Source: a virus (taxonomy: Duplodnaviria > Caudoviricetes). From it: 27,292 nt of DNA. The translations under genes were made by a program, and so were the position numbers. The notes under the pieces are model-generated. The model worked only from the letters and a program-made list of their open reading frames with translations. It ran no database searches and was not told the origin of the DNA. The stretch is taken from the IMG/VR virus record IMGVR_UViG_3300030059_000924, positions 1-27,292 of that record. One strand, given 5' to 3'. Shown here in pieces: positions 1 to 6,726 of this stretch. Position 1 is the first letter of the stretch. Every line of letters begins with the position of its first letter.

Positions 1-180
1 GCACTTGAAAAATTCTCTTGCTTCATGTTAGGGGCGTTTCTTAATCCAGAAGCAGCAGGTGATGCTCCTAGCTCTCTTAATTGCTTACGCAACTCAATAT
101 TCTGACGACGAAGACGACGGGTAGCTCTTTGCTCACGTACTTGTGTCATTTGTGTTTCACTCATCTCACTACGTGCTGGA
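1..180. repeat. Terminal direct repeat, left copy (imperfect)
   Basis: 1-180 matches 27113-27292 with 6 mismatches (positions 72, 78, 80, 84, 120, 168); implies a circular or terminally redundant genome. Confidence 0.95.
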
Positions 181-479
181 CGTGTTGAACTTACGTTATT
201 GCTACGACGTGAACGTCTAGCAAATTTTGAGCGTCTTTGACGGCTCGCTTCTACTTTTTCTTCTGTACTCACTTCTTCTGTGATTTCTTCGCCTCCACCT
301 GCATCAATTAAATCCATAGCCATTGAATGCACTGCTTCGGCTTGTTCTGCTGACAGCCCCATGTCAACTAAAAGGTTTACAAATGCATCGTGTTGGTCGG
401 GGCTTTCCTCCACGTTTTCTTCAGTTACCGCTGTTTCTTCTTCAACAACAACTTCTTCTTCAAATTTATACTTACTCAT
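1..479 (-). CDS. Putative capsid scaffolding protein, N-terminal part (continues across the contig junction to 27040; about 183 aa total)
   Basis: Not in ORF track. ATG at 479, open to position 1 (MSKYKFEEEVVVEEETAVTEEN...RQRRSKFARRSRRS...), in frame with 27040..27276; acidic then Arg-rich; lies directly upstream of the major capsid gene. Confidence 0.75.
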   Translation of the reverse strand, partial: MSKYKFEEEVVVEEETAVTEENVEESPDQHDAFVNLLVDMGLSAEQAEAVHSMAMDLIDAGGGEEITEEVSTEEKVEASRQRRSKFARRSRRSNNVSSTRPARSEMSETQMTQVREQRATRRLRRQNIELRKQLRELGASPAASGLRNAPNMKQENFSS

Positions 480-480
480 A

Positions 481-500
481 TCTATATATATAGGGTGTTT
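481..500 (-). promoter_or_regulatory. Putative late promoter motif AAACACCCTATATATATAGA
   Basis: Near-identical motif (AAACACCTTATATAGA) precedes the protease ATG at 4615. Confidence 0.55.
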
Positions 501-504
501 ATTT

Positions 505-768
505 CTAGTAACTCCAACGTGCTTCGTCTAAGGTTTCTATAAAAACTTCGTAATCTATTAACCTTAAATTATTGGGTCGCATTTCTTCAAAGATAACTTC
601 AGCACGTTCATATTCTTCATTTAAAACCGCTTGTTCTATTATGTCGATTGCATGAATCCATGTTTGGTCTGCACCGTAGTCTTCACGAAACTCACTTAGA
701 ATAGCAAATAGTTCTTCTTGTGGTGTGTTGTTCCATACATCCCATATACGATTTATTAATGGGTTCAT
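505..768 (-). CDS. Small acidic hypothetical protein (87 aa, ends RWSY)
   Basis: ORF track; about 20 D/E vs 6 R and no K; tightly packed in array. Confidence 0.85.
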   Translation of the reverse strand: MNPLINRIWDVWNNTPQEELFAILSEFREDYGADQTWIHAIDIIEQAVLNEEYERAEVIFEEMRPNNLRLIDYEVFIETLDEARWSY

Positions 769-770
769 AT

Positions 771-1019
771 TTAAAATTCTATTTCTACTTCGTCCTCTGA
801 GTAGTCATCTTGTATTTCCTCAAATAATTCTATTAACCCTTCTTCTGTTTCTAAAGATGCTCCACGCATATTTATTTCAACCATAGGTCGGTTGTCAATA
901 GGGGCATCCGCTAAACCGAAGTCATCAATATTAATATCGTCCTCTTCTTCGCTATACCCTGCGTCATTTACCAATTGGTAAACCTCATTGTATGTTAAAC
1001 CTTTTATTACTATTATCAT
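771..1019 (-). CDS. Extremely acidic hypothetical protein (82 aa, ends EIEF)
   Basis: ORF track; about 25 D/E vs 3 K/R. Confidence 0.85.
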   Translation of the reverse strand: MIIVIKGLTYNEVYQLVNDAGYSEEEDDINIDDFGLADAPIDNRPMVEINMRGASLETEEGLIELFEEIQDDYSEDEVEIEF

Positions 1020-1304
1020 CTTTAAGTTGTTTTAATACCAATCTATAACTTCCCCAACTTCATTAAGGTTAGGTACTATTACATTATCCATAATCCTTTC
1101 AAACTCGTCAAAAGTCATTTCACCTTCTAAGTAAAAAAAATTAGATTCGGATTCTCTAAAACGACCTGCTTCCATATCTGTAAACTCAATCGCAAAAGAA
1201 TCAGTAGTTGTTCTATTGTAAGAGTCTATAACCCTTTCAAAGTCTGCTTCTGTTCCGTAAAATTCTATCTCTGCTGTCTGTAATCTCATCTTTAAGTTGT
1301 TTTA
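1016..1304. repeat. 19-bp exact direct repeat TCATCTTTAAGTTGTTTTA flanking the 85-aa ORF
   Basis: Copies at 1016-1034 and 1286-1304; on the minus strand each reads TAA-AACAACTTAAAG-ATG-A (stop, spacer, start). Confidence 0.9.
1032..1289 (-). CDS. Small acidic hypothetical protein (85 aa, ends IDWY)
   Basis: ORF track; about 21 D/E vs 6 R. Confidence 0.85.
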   Translation of the reverse strand: MRLQTAEIEFYGTEADFERVIDSYNRTTTDSFAIEFTDMEAGRFRESESNFFYLEGEMTFDEFERIMDNVIVPNLNEVGEVIDWY

Positions 1305-2081
1305 TATTAAAAAAGCTAATAGGCTTCTGTCGTCTGTACCACCCATAGTTACTGCTTTACACAAAAATTCCGTAGATTCGCCTTCATTTAATTTAAATGG
1401 GAAAGTATTGTTAGCAATATCTGAACCTACTAAAAGAAAATTTAAAGTTACATTAACACCCAAGTTAGAGGTTGCTATAACTAAAAGAAAGTCCTGACCG
1501 TTTTCAGTAAATAACAATTGCTCAATATTTACATACCCTGACCCTTCATTAATAATTTGTATATTTTCTAACGCACCTGCTGCACTAATTGAGAAGCCGA
1601 CTTTAAAGCCCGTTCCTAAATTAGAAGCTACGGGTGTATAAACAAAGTAACCGCTTTCAACTGGTACGCCAGCTACGGTCATAGTGCCAACACCCTTATT
1701 AATTCCCGTAGCGTTTACATCGTCTACTATTGTAGAAACTGTCATGCCTGCACGAAAATTATTACCTTCATCATCTATTGTTGCTGAAACTATGTCACCT
1801 GCTGTTGCAACTATTGTAATCGTTGCATTTCCATCACCTCCTATAATATCAGTGGTTTCATTGATATTACCAGAACCGTTAAATCTTCCCGTAGTTAAAC
1901 CCACAAGAGAACTTACAATGTCCTTATTTTCAGAAAATGGATTAAAAACAGAATTGGGTACGGCTGGTGTGATAGTTAGTGTTACTGCTACTGCGTTATC
2001 ATTATGTAGTCGTAAGCTAGAAGGTAATGTTTGTACACCGCTAGTTAATTGTAATGCTGGGTAATATTTATATGCGCTCAT
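1302..2081 (-). CDS. Beta-rich putative virion decoration/spike protein (259 aa)
   Basis: G/T/N/V/I-rich, with two related units ending ATIDDEGNNF and IQIINEGSGY typical of phage structural beta repeats. Confidence 0.55.
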   Translation of the reverse strand: MSAYKYYPALQLTSGVQTLPSSLRLHNDNAVAVTLTITPAVPNSVFNPFSENKDIVSSLVGLTTGRFNGSGNINETTDIIGGDGNATITIVATAGDIVSATIDDEGNNFRAGMTVSTIVDDVNATGINKGVGTMTVAGVPVESGYFVYTPVASNLGTGFKVGFSISAAGALENIQIINEGSGYVNIEQLLFTENGQDFLLVIATSNLGVNVTLNFLLVGSDIANNTFPFKLNEGESTEFLCKAVTMGGTDDRSLLAFLI

Positions 2082-2096
2082 TTTTATTTCTTTTTA

Positions 2097-2330
2097 TTAG
2101 TAACCGTAATCGTAAAGTAAATCCTCTAGCTCTCTTGCAACTCTTGTAACGTCTTTTCTTCCCGCCCCGTAAGTTTCTGCCCAAGCCACTACATCGTTTT
2201 GAATCCTGAAAGAAACTCCTAAGTCGTCTAAGTTATTAAAAGCGTCTTCTACTAAACCTCCATCACCTTCGTCTATGGCAAATACTAATTGCAATAGGTA
2301 GGTAAATTCTTCTGAATTTTTATTTAACAT
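2097..2330 (-). CDS. Small acidic hypothetical protein (77 aa, ends YDYGY)
   Basis: Start reassigned to ATG 2330 (MLNKNSEEF...), which follows the junction motif. Confidence 0.8.
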   Translation of the reverse strand: MLNKNSEEFTYLLQLVFAIDEGDGGLVEDAFNNLDDLGVSFRIQNDVVAWAETYGAGRKDVTRVARELEDLLYDYGY

Positions 2331-2340
2331 ATTCTTTTTA

Positions 2341-2571
2341 TTAGTAGATAAAGGCGTCGTAACCTTCATCGTTTAGTTCTGCTTCTAGCTCATATAAAAT
2401 TTCTTCACTAGTCCCCAAACCATAAATTTCAATTAAGCGTAATTCACCATCATTAATAATTTGGTAATCATAATTCGCCCAATTACGGCTATAATCTGAC
2501 ATAAATTCACGAACGCTATAAGTCATTCTTGAGCGTGTTGTGTCTACTTGTATTGTTCCTATTAAATTCAT
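2341..2571 (-). CDS. Small acidic hypothetical protein (76 aa, ends DAFIY)
   Basis: Start reassigned to ATG 2571 (MNLIGTIQ...), which follows the junction motif and removes an overlap. Confidence 0.8.
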   Translation of the reverse strand: MNLIGTIQVDTTRSRMTYSVREFMSDYSRNWANYDYQIINDGELRLIEIYGLGTSEEILYELEAELNDEGYDAFIY

Positions 2572-2581
2572 ATTCTTTTTA

Positions 2582-2776
2582 TTAGTCTTCGTATCTGTGG
2601 AATATCTCGTTAGCATAGTACATTCTGTCAATGTATCGTAAAAGGTCTTCAAGAGCATCATTTCCCATACCTTTAGCTAAAGCCTCAGCTAGTTCTTCAG
2701 AACCTAAATCTCTTTCTATTTCGTCATAAATGTCCCAAAGGTCATTTGAGTCTACGTAAAAGTTTTTCTTTTTCAT
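2582..2776 (-). CDS. Small acidic hypothetical protein (64 aa, ends HRYED)
   Basis: ORF track; MKKKNF start after junction motif. Confidence 0.85.
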   Translation of the reverse strand: MKKKNFYVDSNDLWDIYDEIERDLGSEELAEALAKGMGNDALEDLLRYIDRMYYANEIFHRYED

Positions 2777-2786
2777 ATCGTTTTTA

Positions 2787-3083
2787 TTAGTAGTTGTCCA
2801 TAATCTTTTCCTCTAAACCTTCTCTTACGTGTTCAGCTATTTCCCTCCAGTCAATTTTGGAAAGGGATAAATTAACAAGGTCCGATATAATTCCAGAGTT
2901 TGGAATATCACTATCCACTAAATCTCTAAACTCGTCTTCTATACTTCCTGAGTCAATGTCTTCTGGTTTCAACTCTTGGTCGTAGGCACTATCCACAAAA
3001 TACGGAATATAATCCCATACGCTAACTGTCCAAGTTTCGAAATTCGTCCAGCCGTTGTAGCTTAATTCTCTTTTCTTATTCAT
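2787..3083 (-). CDS. Acidic phage protein with YNGWTNxETW motif (98 aa, ends MDNY)
   Basis: Start reassigned to ATG 3083; YNGWTNFETW is a motif I recognise from conserved phage hypothetical proteins. Confidence 0.8.
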   Translation of the reverse strand: MNKKRELSYNGWTNFETWTVSVWDYIPYFVDSAYDQELKPEDIDSGSIEDEFRDLVDSDIPNSGIISDLVNLSLSKIDWREIAEHVREGLEEKIMDNY

Positions 3084-3099
3084 TTTAATTTCTTTTTTA

Positions 3100-3231
3100 T
3101 TAGTAACCGTCAATTGCTTCTGCTAGTTCGTCTAATAAATAAATTATATCCATTTTGTCTGACGCATCAATACTTAATTCATCTAACATATTTTCAATCT
3201 GACTTAATAAATCTTCTGTCTTCTTATTCAT
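3100..3231 (-). CDS. Small acidic protein (43 aa, ends AIDGY), not in ORF track
   Basis: MNKKTEDLLSQIENMLDELSIDASDKMDIIYLLDELAEAIDGY*; fills the gap and shares AAATTAAAATGAATAAGAA with the start at 3083. Confidence 0.8.
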   Translation of the reverse strand: MNKKTEDLLSQIENMLDELSIDASDKMDIIYLLDELAEAIDGY

Positions 3232-3282
3232 TTTAATTTGTTTTGTTACTACTTTATATATCTTAATACTATGCTGTTTATT

Positions 3283-3528
3283 TTAATATCCGTATTTATT
3301 TAACTCTCTTACTCTTGAGCGTATTTCTTTCATAAACTCTTTTTTAGTATCATACCAATGGCTTTCTACATTCAAAGTAATTTCACCTCTATCATATTCT
3401 TGTAAATCAAAGTCGGTAAATTCTTCATAAATAGCTTCGCTTTCCTCTTTAGTGTCATATAATAAATATGCTTCATATACCCTTCTATCTTGCTCAAAAT
3501 CTATATTTTGTTTTTCTACTCTTATCAT
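3283..3528 (-). CDS. Small acidic hypothetical protein (81 aa, ends NKYGY)
   Basis: ORF track; starts 5 nt after the protease stop. Confidence 0.85.
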   Translation of the reverse strand: MIRVEKQNIDFEQDRRVYEAYLLYDTKEESEAIYEEFTDFDLQEYDRGEITLNVESHWYDTKKEFMKEIRSRVRELNKYGY

Positions 3529-3532
3529 TTTA

Positions 3533-4615
3533 TTATCCGTATTTAGCTTTTATTGAACCGCAAACTTTTTCTGCGGTTGCCTTATCACCATAAGTTGCCA
3601 TTTGGTCAACAATACATTGCTCCCACGGGTACGATTCTAAACTAATTTTTGTTGAATATACATCTTTTTTGGTGTTATAACCAAATTCTTTTAACATTTT
3701 TGCATCTAATAACGCTCTATAATACTTTACTTTCATTTGGTCTAGCTCAACTTTTTCCATCTCTACTTCCTCATCATTCTCTGCTTCGGCTTGTGATTCC
3801 TCAATAGCCTCTACTTCACCATCCCATTCTATTAGCACCCCTTCAAAGACTTCTAAATTTACGCCTGCTTGGGTTATATACTTCCCACTAGCAAGTTCTG
3901 TTGGTAAGCCCTCACTATCAATTGCAATTACAGTGGACCCCGATTTAAAAGAGTCATCTTCCGTAGCTATAACAACCCCATCACTTAGTGTAATTTCTGA
4001 ATAGAACTTGCGTTTAATATTAAACCATAGCTTTTTAAAGTTCTTTTTAAAGTTTGGGGTCTTAACCTTAACGCTCATTTCTTCTACCTTATCAATAAAA
4101 TATCCTTCTATGGATAGCCCACGAATAGAACCCTCTTTTACTTGTGACCATAGCTCATCGTTTTCAACTTTCATACGGACGCACCAGCTACCTTCGGGTA
4201 AGTCTAAACCATAATGTTTTGACTTGTCCATGTCGGGGTCTGAAACAATCCAAGATTCTACAACGTGGACATCTTCAACAGGTACTTCATGTTCTAGTGT
4301 GTGTTCATTTGTACGGCTGTTCTTCATGTACATTTCACTTGCTAACTTTACCGTTTCTTTGGAAAAGAAAACGTCATATTCTTCGTCATTCATTTCGTCA
4401 TAACGTGGAATATTCTTGTCAGGAATAAGAGCAGCACCAATTAACGTGCGCTTATCTTCATCGACTTTTGCCAAAGACAACGCTTTAGTATTCTTCCCTT
4501 TAGAAAAGAATAAAAAGTTTTCTTCTATTGCTGGGAATTTAACAAGTGAAATAGCTTCTACGGGTAACCCCATACCATCTTCACCAATTAAAAGTTCTAT
4601 TAGTTTACGTTCCAT
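3533..4615 (-). CDS. XkdF-like putative prohead serine protease with C-terminal extension
   Basis: AISLVKFPAIEENF, LIGAALIPDK, TLEH, VVESWI, LPEGSW, VKEGSIRGLSIEG motifs. Confidence 0.85.
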   Translation of the reverse strand: MERKLIELLIGEDGMGLPVEAISLVKFPAIEENFLFFSKGKNTKALSLAKVDEDKRTLIGAALIPDKNIPRYDEMNDEEYDVFFSKETVKLASEMYMKNSRTNEHTLEHEVPVEDVHVVESWIVSDPDMDKSKHYGLDLPEGSWCVRMKVENDELWSQVKEGSIRGLSIEGYFIDKVEEMSVKVKTPNFKKNFKKLWFNIKRKFYSEITLSDGVVIATEDDSFKSGSTVIAIDSEGLPTELASGKYITQAGVNLEVFEGVLIEWDGEVEAIEESQAEAENDEEVEMEKVELDQMKVKYYRALLDAKMLKEFGYNTKKDVYSTKISLESYPWEQCIVDQMATYGDKATAEKVCGSIKAKYG

Positions 4616-4620
4616 ACTTA

Positions 4621-4636
4621 TCTATATAAGGTGTTT
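4621..4636 (-). promoter_or_regulatory. Putative late promoter motif AAACACCTTATATAGA
   Basis: Shared with the motif at 481-500. Confidence 0.55.
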
Positions 4637-6569
4637 ATAATATAATTTGATTGTTCAGTCTGTTTTGTGACATCTGTTGACCTTGTAGTTGTGATTGAAC
4701 TACATACGCTTGGTTTAAATTAGAAGGTGAATCTAATCTAGCTGGTAATGGTAAAGTCGCTTGTGACCCTCCACCTCCACCGCCTCGACTACCTCCACCA
4801 ATAGAACCCCCACCGCTTGCACCTGCTTCATTCATTACCGCCTTTATACTTGCAAAAGTTCCAGCTATTGTTCCTAACATAGTAGCAACGTAAGCAACAA
4901 AAGTAAACGGTGCGGCTGGACCTGTATCTTTTGCAGCTTTTGCAGCACCAGCAATCGCATTTGCCATAGCCACAGATTGATTTAGCAAAATGTCAATAAC
5001 TGCGAGTCTTTTTTGTTGTTCAGAATTTTCTTCAGCTAGGTCGCTTAAATTGCCTAATAACCCAGAAACACTGTTTACCATTTTACCAACTGCTTGCTTT
5101 TTTAAAGCCTGCACTTTGTCATTCTCAGCTATTTCTTTGTCGTTAAACTTTTTATTTATTGCCTCTATTTCTAGTCTAGATTTTTCAGTTAGTTGTTTTG
5201 ATTCTTCGCTGTCTTTAACTGCTAATTCTTGAAGTTTAGCATATCTTTCTTGTACTTGTAAAATTTCATTTTCTTGGTCAGTGGCTAAAGCAGCGGTTAG
5301 TGTAGCTGCATCTTGCTTTAACTTTTCTTCTTCTTCTTCTTTCTTTTCGTCAGCACGTACTTTAAAATCATTTGTTATTCCCTCCCTGTCCATTAGATAG
5401 TTTTGCTCTAAAACTAATAAATCTGTTAGAGTCCCACCCCTTGCTTTTAATTCTTCTTTAGCTGTTTCGTGTTGAATCTCAAGACTTCTTAATTGCCTTT
5501 GTTCTTCGTCTTGGATTAAACGTAACTCTGTTTGTTGCGCTATTGTAATACGCTGGTTAGCTAACCATTTTACGTCTGCTGCTTTTTGTTGTTCTATCCT
5601 TTTACGCTCTGCTTCTGCTTCCCTTTGAGTTTGTAAAGCTGCTTGTTCTGCATCTCTCGTTGATTGGGCTGCATCAGCTTGGTTTCCTAATTCGTCAGAA
5701 ATTCTTTTATTTATTTGATTGATTTCTGTTAGTCTTCCTTGTTGCCTTTCTTGTAAATCTGTCTTTTCTTTTTCAAACTTTAACTCTATATCAATAGCAC
5801 GTTGTTTAAGAATATTAGCTTCAAATTCTCTTGCTTTTTCTAACATTCCAAGTTTAACAAATTCACGTTTTGACAACATTTCACCAGCAGTAAGTTTGTT
5901 TTGTGTTGTTAAGGCATCTGTTACTGCCTGCATTACGTCAGCTTTGTCTTGTTCGTTAGCTATTAAAAGTTCATCTTTTAATATTAAATCAGCATAAGAT
6001 TCATTAATCTTATCAATTGAACCCTCTGCGTTTAAATCTATATTTGCTAATCTTGGTAGTGTTTTAGCTAGTTCTTTTACTGCTGCCACTCTGTCTAACT
6101 CTAAAGCATTTACATCTGTTGCTGTTTTTTTATAGACTTCTAACTCTGCTGTTGTTCTTGCAAGTTGTTCAGTTTGTTTCTTCTCTACTTCTGCTTGCTT
6201 CCTACCTGCTTCTGAAGTTATACCAAGTAAATCAGAATATTTTTGCCAGTTACCAATAACTTCTTCTAAAGCCATAATGACGACCCCAATACCAATTGCT
6301 GCCCAAGCTGACTTTAAAGCCTTAAAACCTTTTGATAACCTGCCTACTTGTCGTTGAGTACCTTTAAAACCCCTAGTAAGTTTTTGTAAACTTCTAGGCA
6401 AGACTTGCGAAAACAAATCACCAAGACCGCCCCAATCAGCTTTGCTTTCTTTAGTTATTTTTTTTGTTTGTTTACCTAAATTTTTAGTCGCTTCGGTAGC
6501 TTTGGAAATTGGAGCTGTGGCTTTGTCCTCAGCTTCTAAAACTATTTGTATTTTATTTACGGTACCCAT
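4635..6569 (-). CDS. Tail tape measure protein (644 aa)
   Basis: Long A/E/K/Q-rich helical protein, hydrophobic AAIGIG and PAAPFTFVAYVA segments, C-terminal QAYVV motif. Confidence 0.85.
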   Translation of the reverse strand: MGTVNKIQIVLEAEDKATAPISKATEATKNLGKQTKKITKESKADWGGLGDLFSQVLPRSLQKLTRGFKGTQRQVGRLSKGFKALKSAWAAIGIGVVIMALEEVIGNWQKYSDLLGITSEAGRKQAEVEKKQTEQLARTTAELEVYKKTATDVNALELDRVAAVKELAKTLPRLANIDLNAEGSIDKINESYADLILKDELLIANEQDKADVMQAVTDALTTQNKLTAGEMLSKREFVKLGMLEKAREFEANILKQRAIDIELKFEKEKTDLQERQQGRLTEINQINKRISDELGNQADAAQSTRDAEQAALQTQREAEAERKRIEQQKAADVKWLANQRITIAQQTELRLIQDEEQRQLRSLEIQHETAKEELKARGGTLTDLLVLEQNYLMDREGITNDFKVRADEKKEEEEEKLKQDAATLTAALATDQENEILQVQERYAKLQELAVKDSEESKQLTEKSRLEIEAINKKFNDKEIAENDKVQALKKQAVGKMVNSVSGLLGNLSDLAEENSEQQKRLAVIDILLNQSVAMANAIAGAAKAAKDTGPAAPFTFVAYVATMLGTIAGTFASIKAVMNEAGASGGGSIGGGSRGGGGGGSQATLPLPARLDSPSNLNQAYVVQSQLQGQQMSQNRLNNQIIL

Positions 6570-6726
6570 TTTGTAGTATCAATTTTAAAGTCTTAAAAAA
6601 CCCCTTTGATTTTGAATGTCTTCCATACCATTGGCTATATAGTGGGTGTCCTTTTGCCTCTATTGTCTTCATGGTTCTCACCATTTGAGGAATTGCATAC
6701 CCTATTGAATTAATATAGTATTTCAT
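6553..6726 (-). CDS. Small basic hypothetical protein (57 aa), not in ORF track
   Basis: MKYYINSIGYAIPQMVR...QNGYRK*; ATGA overlap with upstream stop; fills the gap. Confidence 0.7.
   Translation of the reverse strand: MKYYINSIGYAIPQMVRTMKTIEAKGHPLYSQWYGRHSKSKGFFKTLKLILQNGYRK

Larger units (their letters stand above)
2079..3110 (-). repeat. Five copies of junction motif (T/G)ACTAATAAAAA-N-ATG
   Basis: About 3081-3110, 2774-2792, 2569-2587, 2328-2346 and 2079-2107; each spans last codon, TAA TAA, A-rich spacer and next ATG. Confidence 0.85.

Noticed and set aside
1-180. Imperfect end repeat as a DGR template/variable repeat pair
   Set aside because: No reverse transcriptase; mismatches are mostly synonymous and not confined to adenines; copies are at contig ends
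2331-3113. Longer N-termini given by the ORF track for 2097..2369, 2341..2661 and 2787..3113
   Set aside because: They overlap upstream genes and translate the junction repeat (TNKKNM, TNKKEIKM); internal ATGs after the motif fit better, though readthrough or frameshift fusion cannot be excluded
1016-3240. Junction repeats as a CRISPR array or integron attC sites
   Set aside because: Repeats are short, AT-rich and non-palindromic, separated by whole genes of variable length; no cas or integrase gene and no attC-like inverted structure
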